Assembly: GCA_038523235.1 (NCBI GenBank)
Contig: JBCBJQ010000118.1
Coordinates: 1 to 17,839, forward strand
Length of the DNA stretch: 17,839 nt
Direction: 5' to 3'
From: Cyanobacteria bacterium J06626_4
GTDB taxonomy: Bacteria; Cyanobacteriota; Cyanobacteriia; Phormidesmidales; Phormidesmidaceae
The notes beneath the pieces were generated by a model. It ran no database searches and was not told the DNA's origin. It worked only from the letters and a program-made list of their open reading frames with translations. Shown here piece after piece: positions 1 through 9,013 of this stretch (positions are counted from its first letter, which is position 1; each line of letters opens with the position of its first letter). The position numbers and the translations under genes are program-made.

Positions 1-156
1 CCCAAAGTTTGGAATTTTTCTTATAGGATTTCTGCCAATAGCGTAGCGATTTAAATCCGCTCTTGATCGCTCAGGAATGTCTTTTGAATCAGTAATGTCC
101 CAAAGTAGGCTGCTTCCTAAATAGATAGAATATCGTTTTTATTGATTTGGCAGGAT

Positions 157-190
157 ACAAGAAAGGGTATCGAAAAGCTTCGATACCCTT
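157..190 (-). terminator. Intrinsic terminator of the PEP-CTERM gene
   Basis: Perfect 12-bp inverted repeat aagggtatcgaa (163-174) / ttcgataccctt (179-190) with a 4-nt loop. On the minus strand it runs into CUUUCUUGU, 37 bp past the stop codon at 228. Confidence 0.8.
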
Positions 191-227
191 ATCGGTTCAA
201 TGAGTCTCAGGTTTGAGAAACGTCGAA

Positions 228-917
228 CTAGGCCGATTGCTTCTTGCGGTTCATCAAGGAGCCAGCAGAAACTAGGCCAAAGGCTGCGAGACCCAATAGG
301 CTAGCAGGCTCAGGCACGGATGCTGCGGCTACCTCGAAAGCGATCAGCGTTTCTTTGGAAGCATCACCTGTAACCTCGTTGGACAACTTGACGCTATCAA
401 AAACACCGGCGAAGTTTACAAAGGCATCAAAGTGATAATTGCCCTGGGCATTTGCGTCGCTTGTAGACAGTCCAACGGCCTGTGCGATGTCTGTTCCATC
501 AAAGGTAGCGACAGAAGTACCGCCTGAGAAAAATTCGATTACGTTGAAAGTATCAACTGAGCCCCAGAAAAACTCGAACATACCATCGAGACCCGAAACC
601 TCAATGAGATTAGTGACCCCAACTGGCTGAGTCCCAATGCTCGCAACGTTGTACGAAACAACAGAAGCAGAGTCATCGACAGAATCAACGCTAGTCTTAT
701 CGTCGGTGCCCGGTGTCAGAGTGCTGTTCTTAATGGAACCAGAGGTTACTAGACCCTCATCGACGGTGTAGCCAGCGCTTGCTAAGTCAGTACAAAGAGC
801 GGTGGGGCATTCGTGTCCAGTAACCGTGAAGCTAACGGCATGAGCCGGGGCTACGGACATGGCAACAGCAGCACCTGCAACCAGACCGGGTAAAATCGCA
901 ATTTTGTTGATATTCAT
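228..917 (-). CDS. PEP-CTERM (exosortase-sorted) surface protein, 229 aa
   Basis: ATG at 917 gives a signal peptide (MNINKIAILPGLVAGAAVAMSVAPAHA). The C-terminus VPEPASLLGLAAFGLVSAGSLMNRKKQSA is PEP + TM helix + basic tail. The internal FFWGSVDTFN motif recalls the Npun_F0296-like family (from memory, unverified). The ORF track's TTG start at 977 is probably too far upstream. Confidence 0.93.
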   Translation of the reverse strand: MNINKIAILPGLVAGAAVAMSVAPAHAVSFTVTGHECPTALCTDLASAGYTVDEGLVTSGSIKNSTLTPGTDDKTSVDSVDDSASVVSYNVASIGTQPVGVTNLIEVSGLDGMFEFFWGSVDTFNVIEFFSGGTSVATFDGTDIAQAVGLSTSDANAQGNYHFDAFVNFAGVFDSVKLSNEVTGDASKETLIAFEVAAASVPEPASLLGLAAFGLVSAGSLMNRKKQSA

Positions 918-1716
918 ATCAGGATGACCTTGAGGAATGTTTAGAATGACTACCGTTCGGCAAAGTTGCCAACGCAACCCTGGATGCTAGGGAACCTTTC
1001 AACGCAATTGGGTGTAACCACTGCAAGAAGAATCATCCCCGTCTGTATCTATGTAATTGCATGTGACTTTTATGTGCATTAATTTACCTAGGCTTTTACG
1101 TAAACTTTATCGTAAGGGCCTTGCTTGTAAGGATATGTAGAATCGAGATTGAGATTTCCGTATCAGCGAAACTACTGAGGCTGCACGCCTGAAAGGCTAG
1201 CGTAGTCATGATTCTGGAAGAATATATGTTGCGCGAACGAAGGTGCTAGGTGGCGCCAGTAGGATTCTCTAGCGTCTTTGCTAAAGAGGAGGACCAGATT
1301 CTCTAGGCTTGTATATATGTAGACGTTGGCTCAGCTGAGCTACTCACTTTGTGAGTGTGATGATGGCTCGTGATCAAACTCAATGTCGCAACTGGGTTCG
1401 ACGGTAGCTCAAAACGCACTGTGGGCAGCAGCATGGGACGTCTAGATGCCAGTTATGAGGCTTGCTCGAGAATAGTGTCACTGATCACAGAAGGAGCAAT
1501 CCCAAACCCCTACGGAAACTTGCCTGTCTTGGAAATATTATTAAGCGCTGTTCTCTGATGGTCGTCTGGGCTGTGTGCCCTAGCGACATCTTGGAAAGTC
1601 TTGGGTGCCGCCCTCTCTAGCGCGGGTTACCTTGCTTCGGGCACCTAGGAGCGCTCTGATCCTTCGCGCATCGGCAAGGTGACTTCGCAGTCTGGTTTTA
1701 ACCGGACTGGCGACTG

Positions 1717-1806
1717 CTATGGCAGAGGGTAAAACTTGCAGGGAAGGGCCTTGCCGCCAGCGATCCGGCGATTAAAAGTGTCCAAACCTAACTACGGTTC
1801 GCTATA
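1717..1806. repeat. MITE-like dispersed repeat, copy 1
   Basis: Begins ctatggcagagg, ends gctata. Shares agcgatccggcgatt (1759-1773) and tgtccaaacct (1779-1789) with 4085-4183 in the same orientation. Confidence 0.7.
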
Positions 1807-1893
1807 TCACTTGCTCCCCTGCCGAGCCTGATATTGACGGATCGCTGTCAGGCAACATTGCACCATTGTGTGGAGGTGCCCTGCGGTTCAGCG

Positions 1894-3966
1894 CTACAGT
1901 TCAACCCCGAGGTGGTGAAACATAAAGGCATAGATGTCAGCGGTCTCTTCCAGGCCCTTGGTGAGGCTGCTGGCCCCGTGCCCCGATTTAGTGCCGATGC
2001 GAATCAGGATGGGATTGTCGCCGCTGTGTTGAGCCTGCAGCGTGGCCGCGTACTTAAAGGAATGGGCTGGCACCACGCGATCGTCATGATCCGCGGTGAC
2101 GATGAACGTCGCGGGATAGGGTGCATCGGCGCGAATATTGTGCAGCGGCGAATAGTTATAGAGGGTGGCAAACTCCTCGGCGTTGTTTTCGCTGGAGCCG
2201 AACTCGGCAATCCAGTTCCAACCCACCGTGAATTTTTGAAACCGCAGCATATCCATGACGCCTACGCCGGGCAGCGCTACCTGGAAGAGATCAGGCCGCA
2301 GGTTCACCACCGCGCCGACTAGCAGTCCGCCGTTCGATCGCCCTTCGATCGCCAACCGTTCAGAATTCGTATAACCTTCATCGATCAGGTATTCTGCGGC
2401 GGCGATAAAGTCTTGAAACGCCTTCGGACGATGCTCGCGAATGGCGGTCTCATGCCAGGTGCGACCATATTCGCCACCACCACGAATGTTGGCGATCGCG
2501 ACGACCATGCCCTGCTCTAACAGCGGAAGCCACTTAGCGTTAAAGGCGGGCACCAATGAGTAATTGAAGCCACCATAGGCATAGAGATAGGTGGGGGTGT
2601 CACCGCTAAATTTCAGCCCCTTTTGATGAATCAGAAACATGGGAATTTGGGTGCCATCGCTACTGGGATAAAACACCTGTCGGGTTTCATAGTCAGTCGC
2701 CTCAAAGGCGATTGCTGGCGACCGAAAAATGGTGGATTTGCCGGTCGTGATGTCGTAGCGATAAATCGTGGGCGGGGTCGTGTGAGACGTAAAGATATAG
2801 AACGTGAAATCATCGTCGGCCTGCCCGTCAAAGCCGTTGACAGTGCCCAGACCCGGCAGGGTGATTTCGCGCTCGAGCGTGCCCTCAGGGCGGTAAACGT
2901 AGACGCGAGTCGTGACATCTTTGAGGTAGGTAGCAAACAATTTGCCGCCAACAAAGCTCACACCTTCCAACGGTTCTGGCTGTTCGGGAATGATCGTCTG
3001 CCACTGGTCTGCAGCCGGATTTTTTGGATCAATCAGCACGAGTTGACGATTGGGGGCGTCTTGGTCAGTGACCATCAACAGGCGATCGCCCAGACCATCA
3101 ACGATCGCAAAACTCTCGTCAGTAATCGTGCCAATCAGGGGCGAAAATTCCGTGTCCCCGGCAGTTAAATCTTGTATGTACAGTGCGTTACCTAGTTTTG
3201 GCTGGCCGCGATCGCTAATCGATAGAACCAAAAATCGCTCATCATCCGTAAGGCCGACAAAGTGAAAGCGCAGCGGATGTTGCGGGTCTTCATACACCAG
3301 CTCATCTTCGGCTTGGGTCGTGCCGAGGCGATGGTAGTAAACCTTATGAAACTCATTGCGAGACGACAGCTCTGTGCCGTCTGCCGGTGCGTCGTAGCGA
3401 TTGTAATAGAAGCCGTCACCCCGCCACTCCGGATAAGACACCTTGACCCATTCCAACGTTTCGGGCAGCGTTTCCCCCGTCTCGATATTGAGAATGCGAT
3501 AGCGCTGCCAGTCAGAACTACCCTCTGACAAGCCATACACTGCATATTTGCCATCCTTCGAAGGATTGAAGACCGTGAGGGAGGTTGTCTGGTCGTCAGA
3601 AAAGGTATTGGGGTCGAGCAAAACGCGCGGTTGCCCTTCCAGACCCTCCTGCACGTAGACCACGCTCTGGTCTTGTAAGCCGTCATTTTTGAAGAAAAAG
3701 AAGCGATCGCCGCGTTTTTCGGGGGCGGAATAGCGGGGATAATCCATCACGTCGCGCAGCCGCGCTTTGATCGCCTCTCGATAGGGAATCTGCGCCAAAA
3801 AGTCAAAGGTCACTTTATTTTGTGCTGCTACCCAATCTGCAGTTTCGGGCGAACAATCATCTTCCAGCCAGCGATAGGGATCGGCGACCGAGGTGCCAAA
3901 GTAGGTATCGACCTGATCAACGGTTGCAGTCGTGGGGTAGGTCAGCTTTTGGGGGGTGTCAGCCAT
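1894..3966 (-). CDS. Prolyl oligopeptidase (peptidase S9A), about 690 aa, no signal peptide evident
   Basis: N-terminal VADPYRWLED, beta-propeller region, YGGF, ANIRGGGEYG, and the catalytic triad motifs GRSNGG (Ser), DHDDRV (Asp), SGHGA (His). ATG at 3966 preferred over GTG at 4008. Confidence 0.96.
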   Translation of the reverse strand: MADTPQKLTYPTTATVDQVDTYFGTSVADPYRWLEDDCSPETADWVAAQNKVTFDFLAQIPYREAIKARLRDVMDYPRYSAPEKRGDRFFFFKNDGLQDQSVVYVQEGLEGQPRVLLDPNTFSDDQTTSLTVFNPSKDGKYAVYGLSEGSSDWQRYRILNIETGETLPETLEWVKVSYPEWRGDGFYYNRYDAPADGTELSSRNEFHKVYYHRLGTTQAEDELVYEDPQHPLRFHFVGLTDDERFLVLSISDRGQPKLGNALYIQDLTAGDTEFSPLIGTITDESFAIVDGLGDRLLMVTDQDAPNRQLVLIDPKNPAADQWQTIIPEQPEPLEGVSFVGGKLFATYLKDVTTRVYVYRPEGTLEREITLPGLGTVNGFDGQADDDFTFYIFTSHTTPPTIYRYDITTGKSTIFRSPAIAFEATDYETRQVFYPSSDGTQIPMFLIHQKGLKFSGDTPTYLYAYGGFNYSLVPAFNAKWLPLLEQGMVVAIANIRGGGEYGRTWHETAIREHRPKAFQDFIAAAEYLIDEGYTNSERLAIEGRSNGGLLVGAVVNLRPDLFQVALPGVGVMDMLRFQKFTVGWNWIAEFGSSENNAEEFATLYNYSPLHNIRADAPYPATFIVTADHDDRVVPAHSFKYAATLQAQHSGDNPILIRIGTKSGHGASSLTKGLEETADIYAFMFHHLGVEL

Positions 3967-4084
3967 GGCCACAAATCTCTCAGCGGGCGATCGCTCTCTA
4001 TTGTGCACGATGAGACTGGGCCACGGGTATCGCGTTCAACCCTATGGCTCGCGGTGCCCGTTCGCCGCTCTCAATTTTGTATGT

Positions 4085-4183
4085 CTATAGCAGAGGTTAG
4101 AAAGTTGCAGGGTTCAAGGTGCAGGTAAGGGGCTTGCTGCAAGCGATCCGGCGATTGTCCAAACCTGACTGCGGCTTGCTACA
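4085..4183. repeat. MITE-like dispersed repeat, copy 2
   Basis: Begins ctatagcagagg, ends ttgctaca(g), giving short imperfect inverted termini. Contains agcgatccggcgatt (4142-4156) and tgtccaaacct (4156-4166) as in copy 1, with a ~14-bp insertion and a 6-bp deletion relative to it. Confidence 0.7.
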
Positions 4184-4192
4184 GCTCGGGTT

Positions 4193-4209
4193 GCGGGCAA
4201 GATGCCCGC
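4193..4209. repeat. REP-like hairpin gcgggca-aga-tgcccgc
   Basis: 7-bp perfect stem. Resembles the GCGGGCAAGATGCCCGC extragenic palindrome I recall as common in cyanobacteria. Confidence 0.55.
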
Positions 4210-4528
4210 CCTAAACGTATTGATGGAGTTGCAAATCTGGGATGTGCCCAAACTATAAATCTGGTTCCCCTGCCCCTTAACTCCCTGGCATTTCTCAGAG
4301 TGCCTTGGCAGTCCAATCGTGGGGACTTGGGATTAACGCAGTGCTTTAGGGGGCTGTAAAGCGGGCAGGCGCTTCGCGTCAAGGCAAAGCCGTCACCCCA
4401 TCGCGTCAGGTTTGATGCGTTACTCGCAAATAAATCACGTCCCACTCTTTTCCAAGTGCTCACCCTCTACTCCGTACCCTCCCACTCACCGCAGCCCTCT
4501 AACGGAACTTTATTTTCCCGCCGATTCC

Positions 4529-6193
4529 TTAACTCAGCGGCAGCAAAATTTGAGTCGCCCCGTGACTCGCTTGCAGGCTGATCGTCGTGATTTTGGCCTT
4601 GATCAGGCGGCTGTCTTTGTCAGCTTCGCCCGTCCCCGGATTGACCACATAGGCCGGAAAACAAGCTGCGCTAATGCTCAATCTGAGCGCCTGGCCCACG
4701 GGCAGCGCAAAGCAAGTCGGCTGCAGGGTGAGACGACAGGTTGACCATTGCTGAGCGGGTACTTCAAAGCGGCCATAGCCCTGAGTCAGCGGATAAACGG
4801 TGCCATCGGGCAAAACTTCGGATAGGGTGATGCTCAAGTCAAAAGTGGGGCGATCGCACTGACAGTGCAGCGCCACTTCAATTTGCCCGGCTACTGCTAA
4901 CTCTGCCTGTAGGGGAACCGACGTGTAGGTCAACACATCGCTGCGACTATCGATCACGGCTCGGTTAAACGCGCCGGCGGGCATCGCCGCATGGCCGCCT
5001 AAGGATGGCACTGGTCGCCATGGGTCATGCACCCAGGTATCGATGCTGGGGAGTTCAGGGGGGGCGGGGCGATCAGCGGCAGGAATAGTGGGCTGGAAAA
5101 TGAGTTTGCCGTCTTCTTGATCCATCGCGGCTAGTCCATGGCTAGCGAGCTGACAACGCTGTGTTTGCTGTCCCCAGGCGGGCCGTGATCGCCAGCAGTT
5201 GGCACCCATCTCAAACAGATGCAGGGGCGTTGGCTGCCAACTGGGTGGGGCATCATCCTGCAGCCAGTGAGCAAACCACTCAACTTGCAGACGATCAATC
5301 GGACTGTTCGCTGCTGGCCCAAAGTCTCGTTCGCCGACCTGACGCCCCCAAGGAATATGCCCCCAAGGGCCAATCCACAAGGGTTGAGGATATTGGCTGC
5401 GGGCGGCCAGTTCGCGATGTAGCCGCAGATCCCCTCGTAGATAGGGGTCAAACCAGCCGCCGATATGCAGCATGGGCAAATCAACTTGATCGAGCTGTGG
5501 CGTGATGCCCTGCCAATAGTCAGAGTCGGGGGGATGTCTCAGCCAATCGTGCAGGAATGAGTCTGGGGCATATTGCTGGAGCACCCCGGGACAGGCGGGT
5601 GTTTCGTCATGGATGGGCAACTGCCGCGCGGCCTGATACAAATGGTGAAACGCGTCGTCGTCGCCTCGCAAACGCGCTGTTTCAGCCGCGAGTTGAATGG
5701 CCCACCCGACCCCCGCCTGCAATAAGAAAGCTCCGTGTTCGTAGGCCCAGTCTTCACGCGGATGATAGCCGACCATGGCGGGGGCGATCGCCTTCAACGC
5801 TGGGGGCAGGGCGGCGGCGGCAAAGAGCTGCGTCATGCCCTGATAAGAAAAGCCATACATCCCCACCTGACCGTTGCTTTGCGGCAAGGTAGCGGCCCAG
5901 GCCACCGTGTCAAAACCATCGTCAACTTCATGTTCAAACAGGTGAAATTCGCCTTCCGAAGTGCCCCGACCTCGCACATCTTGAATGACGACAATAAACC
6001 CCTGGGCAGCATACCAAGTCGGGTGGGCGTAGACGACGGTCGAGGCAATGGCGCGTCCGTAGGGTTGTCGCATGAGTAAGACGGGAAACGGGCCTGCCGC
6101 ATTGGGGCGATAGATATCGGCATCTAGCCGTACGCGATCGCGCGTCCACATCGCTCCGCTTTCCTTAGGAAGGACGGCATATCGTTTCGCCAT
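4529..6193 (-). CDS. CocE/NonD family serine hydrolase (peptidase S15 / X-Pro dipeptidyl-peptidase-like), 554 aa
   Basis: VRLDADIYRP, RQPYG, QDVRGRGTSEG, nucleophile GFSYQG (GxSYxG), GGWFD (Asp), GPWGH (His), and a PepX_C-like C-terminal domain (RSDVLTYTS...LRLSISAACFP). Confidence 0.94.
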   Translation of the reverse strand: MAKRYAVLPKESGAMWTRDRVRLDADIYRPNAAGPFPVLLMRQPYGRAIASTVVYAHPTWYAAQGFIVVIQDVRGRGTSEGEFHLFEHEVDDGFDTVAWAATLPQSNGQVGMYGFSYQGMTQLFAAAALPPALKAIAPAMVGYHPREDWAYEHGAFLLQAGVGWAIQLAAETARLRGDDDAFHHLYQAARQLPIHDETPACPGVLQQYAPDSFLHDWLRHPPDSDYWQGITPQLDQVDLPMLHIGGWFDPYLRGDLRLHRELAARSQYPQPLWIGPWGHIPWGRQVGERDFGPAANSPIDRLQVEWFAHWLQDDAPPSWQPTPLHLFEMGANCWRSRPAWGQQTQRCQLASHGLAAMDQEDGKLIFQPTIPAADRPAPPELPSIDTWVHDPWRPVPSLGGHAAMPAGAFNRAVIDSRSDVLTYTSVPLQAELAVAGQIEVALHCQCDRPTFDLSITLSEVLPDGTVYPLTQGYGRFEVPAQQWSTCRLTLQPTCFALPVGQALRLSISAACFPAYVVNPGTGEADKDSRLIKAKITTISLQASHGATQILLPLS

Positions 6194-6784
6194 GGTCTTG
6201 GTCCTGTATTGCTCTGACTAGAGTGTAGAGACCAATCGCCTGAGCCCGGTAGGTTGGGGTCGAGTTGCACGATTCCTCCAGGGCGAAGACGCTGTCTGCG
6301 GAGGCACTGGAGGCGGTTGCCGTGTTCTGACAGTGGCTTAGTGTTTGTCAAGGTACTCTCACCCCCATCAGGCTAATGGCGGCGACAAACCGGAGTAAAT
6401 CGCCCATGAGGCTATGGGTAAACGTCTTTAAGGTGTCGTATTACTCAAACCTCGATTTTGCCCTAACAGCGCTTAGCCTTTAGCTGAAACCCTTAAGGCA
6501 AAGGGGCCGAAGTAAAGCCAAAGATTCTTGTCAAGCGTGCGACCTTTGCGTGTTTTCCGGGAAGCCTTAATTAACGAATCTGTCTTCTTAGCGATAATTT
6601 TGACCTCATCATCTCCGGTGAATAATTGGAGGCGAATCAGACTACGCTGTGAGTACTCAAGGCTTTTGTGAGGGTGACTATTTGAGCCTGACAACTGACC
6701 TCCGCAGGCCTTGGCTGCAGCGGTTGATCGCTCAACACAGCTAGGCATCAGACAGAACATGATTGGCATAGGACTTTTTCGATA

Positions 6785-7915
6785 ATGCACATTCTGGTGA
6801 TTCATTCAGAGTATAAAACTCGTCGTCGTCTTTATCAGTTGCTTACTGCTGAGGGCTATGACGTCACACTTTGGATGGACGATCCTGAGACGATCGATTT
6901 GACGCAGTTAAGCGAGCCCACGCTAATTATTGAGGAATGGAAACAAGAAGCCAAGGCTGGGGGTCTCTCTGCTTGGCTGAGCCTTAAAGCCAGCACTGAC
7001 GTTCCTCCTATTTTTTGTCTGATGCTGATTCCTCAAAACAGTCTGGCGCAATATACGTCTGTGCTGGCCAACGGCGCAGATGACTGGCTATCGCACCCGG
7101 TTGACCCTGTAGAGCTCAGGGCGCGGGTGCTCGCGGGCCAACACATTCTAAAAATCAAGCAAGAGTTGCAAGATCAAACTCGGTTGCTGAGGGCTGAGCT
7201 GGCCGAGGCTGAGGCCTATGTGCGATCGCTGCTCCCCAATGATCTAACCGAAAAAGTGCCGATCAATGCGCGGTTTATTCCCTCCCGATTGCTAGGGGGT
7301 GACTGCTATGACTTCTACTGGCTCGATCCGGATTATTTGGTGATTTATCTGCTGGATGTCTCTGGTCATGGGCTGGGCTCTGCCCTGCTGTCGACGTCAG
7401 TGCTCAATATGCTGCGATCGCAGTCGCTGCCCGACGTCAACTTTTACCGACCGGAAAAGGTGCTCCAAGCGCTCAATGAAACGTTCCAGATGAACGACCA
7501 AAACGAGAAATATTTCACCATGTGGTACGGCGTCTACAATCGCGCCAATCGGCAACTGCTCTACGCAAGTGCCGGCCACCCCCCCGCCGTGTTGATTTAT
7601 AGCCAAGACCAACAGCCGCAAACCATCGAGCCGCTGAAAACATCAGGCCTACCCATTGGCATGTTGCCAGACATTCAATACCACTGGCAGCGGTGTTTCA
7701 TTCCCCCTGCCAGTCGGCTGTATCTCTTTAGCGATGGCGTTTATGAGATCAAACAGCACGACCAGACCATGATGAATCTAAACGATTTTTTGGATATTTT
7801 GTCAACTCATACCGCTGATCAAACGATTGATGACATTTTGAAGCAAGTCGACGATCGCACCATGGATCGAACCTTCTCGGATGATTTGTCGCTGCTCGAA
7901 GTTCATCTAGATTGA
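6785..7915 (+). CDS. SpoIIE/RsbU-type PP2C protein phosphatase with degenerate N-terminal receiver domain, 376 aa
   Basis: Intact PP2C motifs GGDCYD, DVSGHG, SAGHPP, FSDGVYE, SDDLS, preceded by a coiled-coil linker. The N-terminus keeps a receiver pattern (ILVI...EGYDV...LIIEEW...GADDWLSHPVDPVELRARV). Confidence 0.93.
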   Translation: MHILVIHSEYKTRRRLYQLLTAEGYDVTLWMDDPETIDLTQLSEPTLIIEEWKQEAKAGGLSAWLSLKASTDVPPIFCLMLIPQNSLAQYTSVLANGADDWLSHPVDPVELRARVLAGQHILKIKQELQDQTRLLRAELAEAEAYVRSLLPNDLTEKVPINARFIPSRLLGGDCYDFYWLDPDYLVIYLLDVSGHGLGSALLSTSVLNMLRSQSLPDVNFYRPEKVLQALNETFQMNDQNEKYFTMWYGVYNRANRQLLYASAGHPPAVLIYSQDQQPQTIEPLKTSGLPIGMLPDIQYHWQRCFIPPASRLYLFSDGVYEIKQHDQTMMNLNDFLDILSTHTADQTIDDILKQVDDRTMDRTFSDDLSLLEVHLD

Positions 7916-8022
7916 GAACTTGACTGCGGCTGCGGCACCACTTGCTGGGGGATCGGCTAAGGGGGCGCACTCGATCTGTACGACTAGGTTAACGGCTGCC
8001 CTGAGCGCGGTGAACCGGCCAC

Positions 8023-8049
8023 AAAAAAGCTCACCATAAATGGCGAGCT
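8023..8049 (-). terminator. Intrinsic terminator downstream of the 56-aa membrane protein gene
   Basis: Minus-strand RNA reads AGCUCGCCA-UUUA-UGGUGAGCU-UUUUUG. The one irregular pair is G-U on the minus strand but an A-C mismatch on the plus strand, which fixes the orientation. Confidence 0.75.
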
Positions 8050-8160
8050 AATCGAGTGTATTGAGCCGGAAGCAAGATTAAACCGAGGGGGCGACTCGTT
8101 GGGATGAAGCGAGAACAGCGGCAGTAGCGGCAAGCCAATGCCGTGAAGCCTGATTTGAGC

Positions 8161-8331
8161 TCACGATGCCAGCTGATCAATGATGACTGCGACGGTGGCG
8201 GCAAATAGGGTGATGACGATCGCCACCCACGGACTTTGCCCTTGGGCAACTGCCAACGAGGTGATGATGCCTGCCCCTAAAGCGGCAGTAACCAATGATC
8301 CCCAAACATCCTTTTCTTGTTTCTTATACAT
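8161..8331 (-). CDS. Small membrane protein of unknown function, 56 aa, two predicted TM helices
   Basis: MYKKQEKDVW-GSLVTAALGAGIITSLAVA-QGQSPW-VAIVITLFAATVAVII-DQLAS: charged N-terminus and a helical hairpin. ATG at 8331; oriented terminator at 8023-8049. Confidence 0.75.
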   Translation of the reverse strand: MYKKQEKDVWGSLVTAALGAGIITSLAVAQGQSPWVAIVITLFAATVAVIIDQLAS

Positions 8332-9013
8332 AAAAGCTGCGGACAAAAAGAGTATAAACAGCCTTCAACGTATCACCTTGAAATGGCAGATCTGTATTTG
8401 TGCTGAGCAGATGATACTAAGGTTAAACTTGAGATAAGCTTCTTAACAAAGTGCCGCTTTGCGGCAAGACTCGGTGGTCGAATGGCCCGTTTGCCACGAG
8501 TCCATATTCAACAACGCAATGATTTCACGTCTCTGTACTGAAACAACATCCCTAGGATGAAAGCGTTTTCTGCCCTGGTTTGACACGATTCTCTCTGAGC
8601 GATCGAGATGCTTTTTGAGCCTTGCCCTCCGCTGCAGTTTGGGTTGGGGCGATCGCGACAGGCAAAAATCAGCGCTTGACTATCAGACAGCGTTTTCTCT
8701 GGGCGGCTCTACATCGCCTAGGGCTGACCTGTCAGAAGTAAAGCCACATTTGCACGGTTACCCAGCTTGCCCCCTACACCGTCAATCTGGGAGGCAATTA
8801 TTGATCGCTGGTCAGGGGACTTCTTAGTTCACGCGATCGCGAGCCAGTATGGCAAGCAATTTGGCGACAATAATGTGAATTTTGATAAAACCCCAAAAAA
8901 TAATAAGCAGCCATTAGAACAGGGGGGGCAAAATTTTGATGGTCATCAGCGATTAACAAAATCCGCCTGCGCTAACCATGAAAGCCCCAAATGTGGATGA
9001 AACATCATCTGTT

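Noticed and set aside
1157..1178. NtcA site
   Set aside because: Spacing is GTA-N10-TAC rather than GTA-N8-TAC; the similar dyad near 15223 is N6.
918..4528. RiPP cluster using the prolyl oligopeptidase as macrocyclase or leader peptidase
   Set aside because: No credible precursor ORF, modification enzyme or transporter nearby; ORFs 1370-1558 and 4179-4463 look non-coding.
1834..6149. Many alternative-frame and antisense ORFs over the two hydrolase genes (and likewise within 10163-13606)
   Set aside because: Shadow ORFs of GC-rich coding sequence overlapping well-supported genes; no recognisable motifs.
6194..6784. Riboswitch (e.g. c-di-GMP-I) or ORFs 6124-6351 and 6473-6805 in the divergent spacer
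   Set aside because: Only fragments such as ggcaaa and acgcaaag occur, without the required stems and spacing; the ORFs lack coding character.
8615..9000. ORFs 8615-8827 and 8767-9000 (and 9661-9894)
   Set aside because: TTG starts, no RBS, no motifs; likely regulatory spacer DNA.
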